Virus record (IMG/VR): IMGVR_UViG_3300021962_000304
Location: 1-36,001 of that record
Origin: a virus
Lineage: Duplodnaviria; Caudoviricetes
Direction: 5' to 3' (one strand)
Length of the DNA: 36,001 nt
Positions 1-10,009 of the stretch are shown in pieces. The first letter of the stretch is position 1; each line of letters starts with the position of its first letter. A model generated the notes under the pieces. It did no database searches. It was not told the origin of the DNA and saw nothing but the letters and a program-made list of their open reading frames with translations. A program made the position numbers and the translations under genes.

Positions 1-519
1 CGTAGTCTCGACAACGGTTGTTGTCGTCTCGACAAGCGTAGTTGGAGGGACAAAAACGCTGGTAGAAGGCACATTTTCGGTTGTGGAAGTTGTGGTTGTT
101 TCCACGGTCGTCGTGGTCGCATCAGGAACGACGGGTTGTCCCGTGAAACTCAACCCGAAACTTTGGTTCCAGCCACCGCCTGACCACCACCCATCCGGGT
201 TATTGCAACACGTTGCGGCCCGAAGCCGGTAACTGCCGGCAGGGATCACCACGAAGATCCTCGATTGCAATCCATCAAAATCGTCGTTCGTCGTGACCAA
301 CGCCCCTGTTAGAACGTCGTACAGCCACAATTGCGGATCTGAGTTGATCCCCGGTGACATAAAAGTTTCCGCAACGAACTCTGTCTCGTCAGCGAACTCC
401 ACGAAAAAATCGGTTGGTGCGGTAACCGTCACGCTCGAGGTTTCGTCGGCTCTAACGGTTGTCGGCCGCTCAAACCAGAGCAGTCCCAACGCCAACAGAA
501 ACGGCAAACGCCATTTCAT
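1..519 (-). CDS. Exported/surface protein (3' end outside window): signal peptide, PPC-like beta-sandwich domain, Thr-rich linker
   Basis: Not in the ORF track; translated by hand. ATG at 519 overlaps the upstream TGA. MKWRLPFLLALGLLWFERPTTVRA|DE..., then SDPQLWLYD...NDDFDGLQSRI...PAGSYRLRAATCC, then DATTTTVETTTTSTT...ETT. The frame is open to the window edge. Confidence 0.75.
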   Translation of the reverse strand, partial: MKWRLPFLLALGLLWFERPTTVRADETSSVTVTAPTDFFVEFADETEFVAETFMSPGINSDPQLWLYDVLTGALVTTNDDFDGLQSRIFVVIPAGSYRLRAATCCNNPDGWWSGGGWNQSFGLSFTGQPVVPDATTTTVETTTTSTTENVPSTSVFVPPTTLVETTTTVVETT

Positions 520-704
520 CACTTATCAGAAAGAAAAGACGCGACCCCTCGCTCACCGACAAGAGTAGACAACCAAGCAAATAGCCCTGCCAAAGCAGGA
601 ACTACCAGCATCATCGCCTCCGGATTGTCCCTAAACCAAGATGCAACCATGCCAAGAACCAGACCCTTACCGATCTGATCAATGATTTGGTTAGCCTGTC
701 GCAC
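519..704 (-). CDS. Small membrane protein, holin-like
   Basis: 61 aa with two hydrophobic segments (GLVLGMVASWF; AMMLVVPALAGLFAWLSTLV), located directly after the tail fibre genes. Confidence 0.5.
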   Translation of the reverse strand: MRQANQIIDQIGKGLVLGMVASWFRDNPEAMMLVVPALAGLFAWLSTLVGERGVASFLSDK

Positions 705-716
705 ACGGCGACAATA
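702..716 (-). promoter_or_regulatory. Putative leaderless promoter -10 element
   Basis: TATTGT-cgccgt-GTG: a TANNNT hexamer 6 nt before the start codon. Nearly identical to TACTGT-cgccgt-GTG at the portal start. Confidence 0.5.
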
Positions 717-728
717 CCACCGTCAACT

Positions 729-869
729 TCAATCATTCTCCACGGGGGTTGGTGTGCGCTCCGCCTGCAACTGTGCGCGAAGAATCGCCAATTGCAGATG
801 CGCTTGTTTCAACTGATCCAGCAGATCATTGATCACAACCTGCACATCGACCTGAGTGTCATTGTTCAT
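729..869 (-). CDS. Small coiled-coil protein (46 aa)
   Basis: Hand translation MNNDTQVDVQVVINDLLDQLKQAHLQLAILRAQLQAERTPTPVEND. ATGA overlap with the tail fibre stop. Confidence 0.6.
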   Translation of the reverse strand: MNNDTQVDVQVVINDLLDQLKQAHLQLAILRAQLQAERTPTPVEND

Positions 870-2125
870 TTTTCCTCCAATTGAGCAACTTTGTTTTCAA
901 GTATAGAGATTCTTTGACGGCTTTCTTGTAATGCAATTGTCAAAAGGCTCATCCATCCATTCGGACTGATTCCGTTCGGAGGGGTACGAACAAAATTTCC
1001 GTTTTCATCAGCGTCCATACCGTGCGTAGCAAGAAACGGCGAAATATCGTTCATATCCTCCGCCATCGGTCCCACCTCAGGGATACCGGGGGCTATCTTT
1101 CTGTTCCACAACAGCACATCAACATCGTCAATCATGGATGGCGTAAGAACACCTGCAAGGCTTTGTATGTTCTCTTTGTCTGCCTTGGTGGACGTATTGC
1201 GGACAAGGTAATAAATGCCGAACACGCTCGCCCATTGTGCCGCTTGACCCGAACCCGTATTACTGGCGTGTTGGAAGTAAGCCCCACCCGTTCCCGAGAT
1301 GTAGACGTTAGTGTTACTAATCTCCAACTGTGCGTTGATTGGCTTGTTGATGGACACGTTCGTGCCACTCACAATGAGTGTGTCGCTTGACGGTGTTCCG
1401 ATGCGAACATCGTTGGCATAGGTTCGCAAATACATTCTTTGGTCGCCGGCCGCACCCATAAGCAAATATCCGTAAGCGTTCTCAATTACGGAATACGAAG
1501 CACCACCGGTCCAATCACCAATCCGAATGTTCTGACTACTCGCACCATCAACATCCAAGAATCCGTATACCTTTGCGGAGGTAGAACCCACTTCCAAGGT
1601 GTTTGTGTTCTGACCACCAATGTAGACAGCCCCAGCCCCTGACTCAGTACGCAGATAAATGTTCGTGTTGACGCCCGTTGAACCAAGCAACAGGTAACCG
1701 ATGTTCGTTCGGAGGGCGGTGTAACGACCGTCTTGGTTCCAATCTCCGATTTCCAGTTGAGGGCTCGATGCATTTGACCCATTCACAATGATTTGGGTTG
1801 GGGTTGTAATCGTTCCGCTGATTGACAGGGAGGTCAGCGTTCCGAGTCCAGTAATCCCTGTGTACGACCCGGAGATACGAGCAGACGCAACGGTTCCACT
1901 AGACAAATTTGAAGCATTGAGAGTTGTAAGGTTCGCACCAGAAACTGCACCAAACGAACCAGACCACGTTCCAGTAGTGATAGTTCCAACCGCAGTCAAA
2001 GACGAAGTGACCACGTTCGAGGCAAGCGTCGTCCCGGTCAAAGTATTGGCCGCTGCCGGCAAAGCAATGGCGGCGTTCAAATCAGTCGCTGTCAGCGTTT
2101 GACCAGCACTCCACGGATACGGCAT
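866..2125 (-). CDS. Tail fibre protein with C-terminal intramolecular chaperone (peptidase S74-like) domain
   Basis: G/S/T-rich shaft and an internal duplication (IGDW...GYLLxG...YLRT). The C-terminus NTSTKADKENI...VGPMAEDM... ends in a coiled coil (LQESRQRISILENKVAQLEE). Confidence 0.75.
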   Translation of the reverse strand: MPYPWSAGQTLTATDLNAAIALPAAANTLTGTTLASNVVTSSLTAVGTITTGTWSGSFGAVSGANLTTLNASNLSSGTVASARISGSYTGITGLGTLTSLSISGTITTPTQIIVNGSNASSPQLEIGDWNQDGRYTALRTNIGYLLLGSTGVNTNIYLRTESGAGAVYIGGQNTNTLEVGSTSAKVYGFLDVDGASSQNIRIGDWTGGASYSVIENAYGYLLMGAAGDQRMYLRTYANDVRIGTPSSDTLIVSGTNVSINKPINAQLEISNTNVYISGTGGAYFQHASNTGSGQAAQWASVFGIYYLVRNTSTKADKENIQSLAGVLTPSMIDDVDVLLWNRKIAPGIPEVGPMAEDMNDISPFLATHGMDADENGNFVRTPPNGISPNGWMSLLTIALQESRQRISILENKVAQLEEK

Positions 2126-2144
2126 CTCAGATCAACTCCTCACA

Positions 2145-2873
2145 TCACCGATACCCGTACACGCGCACCGTGCCGGTGATATTGCCTGTGTTCGCAAGAA
2201 ATCTGATCCCGTCATATGTCGAGACACTCTGATGTGCTCCACCGTGAAGACCCATATAGTTCGCCACCGTGTTGTACGTTCCTGTAAACACACCCGAATA
2301 ATTCGTGTAACGAGCCTCGGATGCACCGTCAATATCAAGAGACGACACACCACGATTGTCGGAACTGCCGATAGAACCAAACGTGAACCCGGTACTGCGC
2401 TGATCGTAGTTACTGAACCCTTGTACTGTGTCGCCGGTATTGACCCAGACGGTCTTGGAAACATAGTTAGTTGTCGCAGGAGTACCGGCTGATGTTAGTT
2501 GTCCCAACAGGTACTGAGTCGCTCCGAGAGTTCCTGTTCCGATCGAGTACATAAGACGATAGGTGCTGTAGTTTGCGTTGAAGACCCCGTTGATCGTCAC
2601 CGACGCTACGTTTGTAAACGTGACGATGTTTCCTGTTGCCGTGCCGTTCGTTACCGACGTAGGCTTCATCGGCTGCATCGGCGTGTTCGGCATCCACGTA
2701 GCACCGTCGTACACCCACGTGTTATCTGTGTCGGTCTGATAGATCGTCATCCCCTCGACCGGCGACGCTGGCCGCGTTGACGAGGTACAGGTGATCACAG
2801 CCTGCTTCATCAGGTATGTGTTTACATCACTTGATGTCAATACTTCTGAAACGCTGAATGATTTGAACGGCAT
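2145..2873 (-). CDS. Tail fibre / minor tail protein
   Basis: N-terminal FSVSEVLTSSDVN motif, TRPASPVEGMTIYQTDT..WVYDGATW knot, C-terminal beta-rich domain ending TGTVRVYGYR. Confidence 0.7.
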   Translation of the reverse strand: MPFKSFSVSEVLTSSDVNTYLMKQAVITCTSSTRPASPVEGMTIYQTDTDNTWVYDGATWMPNTPMQPMKPTSVTNGTATGNIVTFTNVASVTINGVFNANYSTYRLMYSIGTGTLGATQYLLGQLTSAGTPATTNYVSKTVWVNTGDTVQGFSNYDQRSTGFTFGSIGSSDNRGVSSLDIDGASEARYTNYSGVFTGTYNTVANYMGLHGGAHQSVSTYDGIRFLANTGNITGTVRVYGYR

Positions 2874-2882
2874 CTTGAGTCC

Positions 2883-3884
2883 TTAGTTGAAAACGAGTGT
2901 TAGGCGACCAGAGTTTGCATCAGATATCGGAGAATCAAAAATTCGGTACGTGCTTCCCGAAGCACAGTTAGTTGCTGCTGTACCGTTTATCGTTCCGTCA
3001 GCGTTGCCGGGATACATAAACATCCCGAAATTGGCATCAACAGCCATTCGACCACGTGTTGCTGCTGTAAGAGTAAATTCTCGTGCATTGTTTTGTGTTT
3101 GAGATGTACCAGTCGTCCAATATGTAGTGTCATTGGCTGGCGCACCAGCAGGCTGTGACGCATAGTTGTGCGTAGCAAACGCAACTACAGCCGACGAACA
3201 ACCATCCGCTGAACTCCGGTATGTACGAATCGTCGCACTATCTGGCACATAACCCTTCGCGACTGTTGACACGCCTGTCCCATAGAACCAATGACCGTAT
3301 TGATAGCCATAGGTGGGACCGATCCACCCTGAGAAGATTGAGCCAATATTTGCAAAGTCGCCTCTCCAGCCACCGTTTGAACCGTAGGTGTTGTGACCAG
3401 TCGTCGTCACATAGAAAGTCCCGAGAGGCTTCGCATAGGTCGCTACGGCCGCCGACGTAGTGGTATTCCCAATATTGTCAACAGCCACAGTCCGGAAATA
3501 ATGCAGATTCCCTCTGTTGCCCGAGGTAACCGAGTACGAATACGAGCCACCAGCAGTCGAGATAGATCCGAGACTTGAGTACGACGATCCGTCAGCCGAA
3601 TATTGCAGGCTGTACGAGGCAATACCAGATGTCGCATCAGAGGTACTGGCGAAATTGACTGTGAAGCCGGGAAGACCTTGATTCCAAACCACCGAAGTGA
3701 TACCCCCACCTGTGGGCGGTGTCACGTCATATTGGTAGACGAGCGTGTAGGTACTCGCCCCTGTTTGCACATACACCTGTTTCACCACATCGTATGTTGA
3801 TGCGCCGGTCTGGGCATAAATGCCTTTAGTTCCGGTGATTTCGGTGAATGTTGATGCACCTGTCTGAATGTAAGTACCAGCCAT
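2883..3884 (-). CDS. Minor tail protein with FN3/Ig-like domain
   Basis: DVTPP...DATSGIASYSLQYS...YFRTVAVDNIGN is an FN3-like pattern. The N-terminus has three YxQTGAST repeats. Lies in the tail tip cluster. Confidence 0.65.
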   Translation of the reverse strand: MAGTYIQTGASTFTEITGTKGIYAQTGASTYDVVKQVYVQTGASTYTLVYQYDVTPPTGGGITSVVWNQGLPGFTVNFASTSDATSGIASYSLQYSADGSSYSSLGSISTAGGSYSYSVTSGNRGNLHYFRTVAVDNIGNTTTSAAVATYAKPLGTFYVTTTGHNTYGSNGGWRGDFANIGSIFSGWIGPTYGYQYGHWFYGTGVSTVAKGYVPDSATIRTYRSSADGCSSAVVAFATHNYASQPAGAPANDTTYWTTGTSQTQNNAREFTLTAATRGRMAVDANFGMFMYPGNADGTINGTAATNCASGSTYRIFDSPISDANSGRLTLVFN

Positions 3885-3885
3885 T

Positions 3886-4356
3886 TTATGCCGTCACAAA
3901 CCAGATATCGCCAATGCTTCCGCCTGTCGTCGGAGCACCAGCGGTCGTCTTGAAATGAACCTTTGACGAGGCTGCACTCGGAAGAGCCGTCCCGACGCTG
4001 TAAATCGACTTGGCCGCACCATTCGCCTGACAGTCATCAGAAGTAACCGTGTTGGCCGCAATCTTCGCTGATGTGATCGCATTGTCCTCAATACCTATCG
4101 TCGGTACTTGCCCCCACTTCATCTTGTATGTACCGACCGTGGTGTCTGCGATTAGGACATACCCGGTGGTTCCCGAAACAGCCAACTTCGCCGCTGTACC
4201 GGCTCCTGAACCTACGAGAAGGTCACCAGCCGACACCGCGAGTTTGTTGTACGAATAGTCGTACAGGGCGTTTATTCCGTTGCCGTAGGCGTTCACGTCG
4301 GTGGCCGCCCAAGCGTTTCCGTTCACATAACTGGCTGATACAGGCAGGGTGGGCAT
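3886..4356 (-). CDS. Short tail fibre / minor tail protein
   Basis: AGDLLVG...GYVLIAD...KW knot, IEDNAITSAKIAANTVT repeat and terminal APTTGGSIGDIWF motif, all typical of fibre segments. Confidence 0.65.
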   Translation of the reverse strand: MPTLPVSASYVNGNAWAATDVNAYGNGINALYDYSYNKLAVSAGDLLVGSGAGTAAKLAVSGTTGYVLIADTTVGTYKMKWGQVPTIGIEDNAITSAKIAANTVTSDDCQANGAAKSIYSVGTALPSAASSKVHFKTTAGAPTTGGSIGDIWFVTA

Positions 4357-4365
4357 TTTGTTCTC

Positions 4366-5649
4366 CTAAAAAGACAGGACATTGGTGTCTAGGACACCGT
4401 AGGTTGATGAGTCAAGGATAAAACCCTCTCCAGCAATCGGCTCCGCAGTCTCGAGCGCGACCATCCACGAGTCCGGAGAAATGTCGTGCGAGATCCCTTG
4501 GATAGTGAGGGTTTTGGTGAGCGTGGTTCCACAATAATTTTTGCTGACCGTCACCGGGTCAAGAAGATCCGAATTGAGGATTGAGATCAGGTTCGCATCG
4601 CTCAAAGCGGAGGCATTCAACTGCACATTGTCAATGTGCAACTCCGGTGTCGAGCGGTAACCCAACAAGAACTTTGCGTGATCTGTAGCCTCCGACCCGG
4701 TTTGAATCAATGTGCCACTTTTGCTGGCAGAACGAGCAAAATACTTGCTGATACTCGCCGTGTCGGTTTGCTGATAGATCGTTCCGGAAGAGTCAGACAC
4801 CGACACATCGTTCAAAATCTGCTCGTCGTCAAACCGTTGGGTCAAGCCCACAAACGGAATTCCGCTCGTCTCATTGATAACGAGCGGTGTTGCGGTGATG
4901 CCAGCCGCCAATTTCTGAATGCTGTGGCGGCCAAGAAACTGAGCGATTCCTGACGGGTCAATCCAAAAAGCACCAAGTTCACTCGCTTCGCATTGCTGGA
5001 TGAGATCCAACGCTGAGGAAACACCGTCATCATTCAAATCGACTGATGTTTGCCCTGTTTCAATGCTGTACAAAGAGTTTGGTGCGCCTGCGGCGGCCAA
5101 AAGTTTGGTGATTCGAGAACCAGAAGATTCCCCGGTTGTCAATGTTTGCGAGATCGCACCAGACGAACCGTACCCGGTAGCCACCCCAGCAGCAGTTGTA
5201 AGCGACGCGAGGTGTAACAGGCGGAACATATCCACACACTCAATCGTGACGACGGATGCATTGAAGCCAGTTTGATACTGATAATTGAAAGACTCCGTAA
5301 AACCCCTGAATAACAGGTATTCCGAACCGCCGACCGTCGCTGTCACCTTGATATGGCGCAATGGTTCAATGTATCCGTACAACGCGGACGATGTATTTGA
5401 CGGGTTGAACAACCCTGTCTGGTCCACCACCTCAATAGTGCATCTGCCGGCATCAAATGACTCCGTGACCCGAGTGCGGCCTCGTCGCACGGTGACCCCA
5501 CGAACAACAGTCGATATCTCGTAGTCAGCACCGACCGGAGTACCCAGAAGCGATCCTGCACCCAATGTGGTGGTTCCGAGCGTGAAATTACCGCCAATAT
5601 TGAACGACGAGGCTGTACGGAAGTAAACGCGAATATTGGGTAACGTCAC
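4366..5649 (-). CDS. Minor tail protein (distal tail / hub-like)
   Basis: Immediately follows the tape measure gene. VRRGR...FDAG..TI...D..G.FNP.N, and ALDLIQQCEASELGAFWIDPSG. Confidence 0.7.
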   Translation of the reverse strand: MTLPNIRVYFRTASSFNIGGNFTLGTTTLGAGSLLGTPVGADYEISTVVRGVTVRRGRTRVTESFDAGRCTIEVVDQTGLFNPSNTSSALYGYIEPLRHIKVTATVGGSEYLLFRGFTESFNYQYQTGFNASVVTIECVDMFRLLHLASLTTAAGVATGYGSSGAISQTLTTGESSGSRITKLLAAAGAPNSLYSIETGQTSVDLNDDGVSSALDLIQQCEASELGAFWIDPSGIAQFLGRHSIQKLAAGITATPLVINETSGIPFVGLTQRFDDEQILNDVSVSDSSGTIYQQTDTASISKYFARSASKSGTLIQTGSEATDHAKFLLGYRSTPELHIDNVQLNASALSDANLISILNSDLLDPVTVSKNYCGTTLTKTLTIQGISHDISPDSWMVALETAEPIAGEGFILDSSTYGVLDTNVLSF

Positions 5650-8600
5650 AGAACGACCCTTCCACCCGACTTCTGCACTCGGAGCAACCCAACTCGGATC
5701 GCTTCGACAAGGTCACGCTCGGTTGAAACCGAACCCTGAACAGTCACATTGATCGTCGTCCCACCGAACGCACCTGCCTGCGACAACGGGATGACAGCCT
5801 CCGCCCCAGCCTCACCAACCAGAGCCAAAGTTCCTCTGGTCACAATTCCGCCCTCAGCAAGCGGCACGGCACGACCAGAAACCGTTGGCGTTTGGAGACG
5901 ATCCAACGCCCCGGTGAACCCAGCCAAGAACTCAAACATCGTGTCGTGGAAACTGACCTGAATTGCGTCAATCAAATCTCGGATTGAATCATTCGCATTC
6001 CCGATTGCCGTCTGCAAACCAGAAACAACCGTCTGCTGTTCACGCCACGCCGCCTCCGCCTCAGAAACAGCCGTAGCGAACAACGATTGAACCAAAGTCA
6101 ACTGATCGTTTACGGCTGTATTCGCCTCATTCAGATCAGTCTCAAAAAGCACCGTTGTAGCCACCGTGGCGACTTCAGCGGCCACCGAGCGGATCTGCTC
6201 ACGCATTGACACAAGTTGCTGGAAGTCCGACCCGGACATATTGAGCAGGCGTTCCGCAAGCAAACCGCCCTCACGAGCACCCAGACCGACAACTTCGGCA
6301 ATCAAATCCTGCGGGAAACCGCGATCCCTCATTTGGATGATTCCGTCACGGAAGCGTCGAACTTCCTCCAACATCCTTGAGGTGTTCGCTATCGCATTAC
6401 CTCGGCCGCCGACAGTAGGCATCATTGACTGGGCAACCGAAGAGGCGTACTGAGAGGCATTCTGAATGATTGAATTCCGCTCGTCTACGAGTCGTTGGTA
6501 TTCCTGCAAAGCACTTTGCGCTCGAGACAGAGCCGTATCGGTCGGCAAAACAGCCCCGGCAATATCAATGTTCAAACCGGCCGCTACCTGACCAGCCTCC
6601 TGACGGATCGCATCCAGCGAAGAAGAAAGTTCTCCCAGTCGAGCCAACGCCGAATCCAGTTGACCAACCAACCCGTCACGAGCCTCAACAGCAGCACCGA
6701 GTTCCTCAAATTTGCCCTTGAGCAGGGACAACGCGTTAGAAACAGCCGGGATATTCTTCAATCCCAACGCTGCGGCCTTGGCATTCAACTCATCAAAAAC
6801 CGCCACGATCCGAGTCGTCGCCGTCTCGACAGCAGTAACGCCGGCAAGATCAGCCAGCGCACTAGAGCCGATTTGGTCGTTCGCATAGTCCACAAGGTCG
6901 TCAACCCACTCCTTGACCCAAGCAAACGGGTCTTGCGAAGCGCGAGAACCGCCCCCACGACCAGAAGATGCTCCTGTCCTTCTGGTTGAAAAAGCGTCAA
7001 CAGCCCTCTGTGCCTCTTGAATGCCGGCAAGCACCTTGGCGATATCTGCACTAGCACCGGGGATGGCATACAGGGCCGCATAAACCTTGCTCAGAACCTC
7101 CAAAGCCTGCTTGGCAGAATCCAGATTGAAGTAAATGGTGATGCTCGGGTCAAGGTTGTTCAACAAACCCATCTGGTCGAGCAACATCCGGATATCGCCC
7201 TCCAAGCGGCCAGCCTCAATCCCGGCGGCGATGAATTCTTGGATGAACTGCTGGATCTTCGCATTTGCCACATCTTGATCCATTTGACCGTCTCGGACGG
7301 TCTTCTGATACGACAAAATCGCGTCACCGAGGTCATAAGCAGAGTTCTTGAAATCGTCAAACGACTGCTTGCCATTGACAATTTCTTTTCCTATGTCCTG
7401 AATCTGTTGCATTGTTGAACGCGACGCCCGGAAGAGCAAAATGTTCGCTCGCTCTGCTTTTTGCACACCCTTCGCATAGTCCTCAAGTGCAACCTCGGCT
7501 CCGTCCGCCTCAACTCGAAGTGTGTCGTAAATAGAAGCCAAAGTTTTCGTAGTATTCGCGTAACCGCGAGAATAGAACTCCATACCAGCCAAACGAGCCT
7601 CAAATTCTGCCGCGGCTCGTTCCTGTTCTTGGAATTTCCGTGTTGCATACGCTGTCGCCTCCGCCATCAGATAATTGTTGAAAGCAACAGCCTTCTGCTC
7701 TTCACCCCAACCGTTAGCCGCAGCATCAGCCTCAGCCAAAGCGGTCGCTTGATTGATCATGGCGGTCGTCAACTGACCACTTCCAACCATCGCATTGACT
7801 TGATCTTGAACAATCTTGGAAAGGTCAGTCTTTTCGATCTGATCTTGAATTTCCTCCAATGCTTTCGCCGTTCCGGTGAATGCATCATTCATATCCAATG
7901 CTGACCAAACCAACGAGTCAAAATCGTTGTCGTCTGTTTCTGCTATGTATTTCGCCATAGCAACAGCGGCCTCTTCGGATGCACCCTTTGACTTCAAAAC
8001 AGAAGCGGCAAAACCCTCAAAATCGTCGGCTGCCGCGGCAAATTTCTCCAATGAAGCAGACATTCCAAGACGACCAAAAGCATCGACCAACTTGTCGCTG
8101 TTCTCGCCAGTAGTCAGGATCGCATCGCTCAACAGTTCTTGCCCGGTAGCCCCCTCCTCTAAAGCCTCCTTATTCGCCAACAATTCTTTGGTGTTGGCTC
8201 TAAGAGCATCCGATAGTTCGTTTGTCCTCGCCGCATTTTCACGCTGTTTAGCACCAAACGCGCTGATTGCCGCCACGATCAACTGGACAGCAACAACCAT
8301 CGCAATCATCGGTCCCAGAGAAGCCATAAGGCTCATAGCACCAGCCTTCAAAGCCATAAATGTTGTGACACCGGCCGCTCGGAGTGCTTGGAACGATGTG
8401 ATCGTAAGACCCTGCTGGGCTGCCAAAGTTTTCTGATAGGCAATCTGCTCTGCTATTTGCCCTCGCATCTTCGTGAAACCCATAGCCAGTCGAGTAAATG
8501 CTTTGGCAGTCCCGTCAGCATTGACACCCATCAACTTCTTCTGCAAAACAAGCGCGGTGACAATAGGCAATAATGCGAGCATCACAATCTTGTTGGATGT

Positions 8601-10007
8601 CAAAACAGTTGCCAGCGATGCGAATGCAGAAACAACAGGAAGAACAACCTGCGACAAACCAAGAATGACATTCGCCAATCCAGTAAGCGTTGTACCAACT
8701 ACCCCTTGAAGATTTGTTGCGACGTTTACAACACTTTCCATCACCTTCTCAAACACTTGGAAAAGTGTTTGACCGAGATCCATAATCGCTGGCAATAGAG
8801 GTTTGAGCGATCCCAACAAATCAATAAAAATTGCTCGAAGTTCGGGAGACAAAGCGACGAGTGCCGCAAGACCAATCCCAACCGGACTCAATTTGACAGC
8901 AAAATTCTGCAACATTGGTCCAACAAGAGGCAGTTGACCGAGCAAATTTTTGCCGGCGAACGCTGACAAACCGGCGGCCAATGCACCGATGAGAGGAATG
9001 AACTTATTTATCGTCTCTGACAATTGACCGACGTTCACATTTGTCAACTCAATTGATTTGAAAAAATCTTTGACCTTAGCAAAAACGCCTGCTAGCGGTT
9101 CAACCAATGTCGTAAAAGACTCTCGGAGAGCCTGAAGAACCGGGAACAAGGCTCCGCCCTCACGTATAAGCAAACTGAACTGCTTGAATGTGTTGTATGC
9201 CCCCAACACAACTGGGCTAAACCCCTCCAGAAACAGGCGGCCAAATTCCAATTTGACATCGTTCAAAATTCGAGGGAACGAACGCAAGACCTTGCCCGGT
9301 TCGGTCATCGCCGCCTCATAGGTCCCCGCAACCTTCGCACCCTCCTCCATAACCATGTTCAGAACAGCCTGCTGACGTTCCGTAGCAGTCAAATTGTTGG
9401 CACTTTTACCGAGTTCACGGGCATACGACGCATACGCCTCACCTGCATATCGCGTGATTCCAACTCCCTTCAACAGTTGAGAGTTGCCGGTCTGGATCGC
9501 ATACGCCAAAGTCTTTGCGGTGTCCGTCGAGTTCCTCTGAGACAAAACAGCGAAGTCCTGCGCTACACGAGCCAGATCAGAAGCCCTAGCCAGATCCAAG
9601 TTTGACTTCACGAACAAGAGAGCAATCTCTTGAGAAGCCTTCATTTCAATGCCCTTGGACCGGACAGCGTCGGCCGCCTCTCTCAGGGCTTTAGCACCAA
9701 CCCCGGATGACTTGCCGACCGCATCCATAGCAACAGCCATTTCCGCAACATCGGCCGCAACAGCAAACGACGACCGGGAAAACCCGATCAGCCCGACAGA
9801 CAACGCCCCAATCGCCACCCCGAGGGTATTCAACACTTTCGTGAAATCGCTGGTTGATTGCGTCATCCCACCGAGCGTCGCATTGACGCTTTGACCACCA
9901 GATGTGATTACTCGAGCGGTTTCCTGAAACGAGGTACGCGCCCGATCCATTCCGGAGACGAACCCCGAAACATCAGCACCAAGGACAGCATCGACCGTGA
10001 TCGCCAC
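5646..10007 (-). CDS. Tape measure protein
   Basis: 1453 aa, Ala-rich helical with central hydrophobic blocks. N-terminal LGADVSGF and C-terminal LAEGGIVT...VGEAGAEAVIPL motifs. Follows the tail chaperone. Confidence 0.95.
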   Translation of the reverse strand: MAITVDAVLGADVSGFVSGMDRARTSFQETARVITSGGQSVNATLGGMTQSTSDFTKVLNTLGVAIGALSVGLIGFSRSSFAVAADVAEMAVAMDAVGKSSGVGAKALREAADAVRSKGIEMKASQEIALLFVKSNLDLARASDLARVAQDFAVLSQRNSTDTAKTLAYAIQTGNSQLLKGVGITRYAGEAYASYARELGKSANNLTATERQQAVLNMVMEEGAKVAGTYEAAMTEPGKVLRSFPRILNDVKLEFGRLFLEGFSPVVLGAYNTFKQFSLLIREGGALFPVLQALRESFTTLVEPLAGVFAKVKDFFKSIELTNVNVGQLSETINKFIPLIGALAAGLSAFAGKNLLGQLPLVGPMLQNFAVKLSPVGIGLAALVALSPELRAIFIDLLGSLKPLLPAIMDLGQTLFQVFEKVMESVVNVATNLQGVVGTTLTGLANVILGLSQVVLPVVSAFASLATVLTSNKIVMLALLPIVTALVLQKKLMGVNADGTAKAFTRLAMGFTKMRGQIAEQIAYQKTLAAQQGLTITSFQALRAAGVTTFMALKAGAMSLMASLGPMIAMVVAVQLIVAAISAFGAKQRENAARTNELSDALRANTKELLANKEALEEGATGQELLSDAILTTGENSDKLVDAFGRLGMSASLEKFAAAADDFEGFAASVLKSKGASEEAAVAMAKYIAETDDNDFDSLVWSALDMNDAFTGTAKALEEIQDQIEKTDLSKIVQDQVNAMVGSGQLTTAMINQATALAEADAAANGWGEEQKAVAFNNYLMAEATAYATRKFQEQERAAAEFEARLAGMEFYSRGYANTTKTLASIYDTLRVEADGAEVALEDYAKGVQKAERANILLFRASRSTMQQIQDIGKEIVNGKQSFDDFKNSAYDLGDAILSYQKTVRDGQMDQDVANAKIQQFIQEFIAAGIEAGRLEGDIRMLLDQMGLLNNLDPSITIYFNLDSAKQALEVLSKVYAALYAIPGASADIAKVLAGIQEAQRAVDAFSTRRTGASSGRGGGSRASQDPFAWVKEWVDDLVDYANDQIGSSALADLAGVTAVETATTRIVAVFDELNAKAAALGLKNIPAVSNALSLLKGKFEELGAAVEARDGLVGQLDSALARLGELSSSLDAIRQEAGQVAAGLNIDIAGAVLPTDTALSRAQSALQEYQRLVDERNSIIQNASQYASSVAQSMMPTVGGRGNAIANTSRMLEEVRRFRDGIIQMRDRGFPQDLIAEVVGLGAREGGLLAERLLNMSGSDFQQLVSMREQIRSVAAEVATVATTVLFETDLNEANTAVNDQLTLVQSLFATAVSEAEAAWREQQTVVSGLQTAIGNANDSIRDLIDAIQVSFHDTMFEFLAGFTGALDRLQTPTVSGRAVPLAEGGIVTRGTLALVGEAGAEAVIPLSQAGAFGGTTINVTVQGSVSTERDLVEAIRVGLLRVQKSGGRVVL

Positions 10008-10009
10008 GA

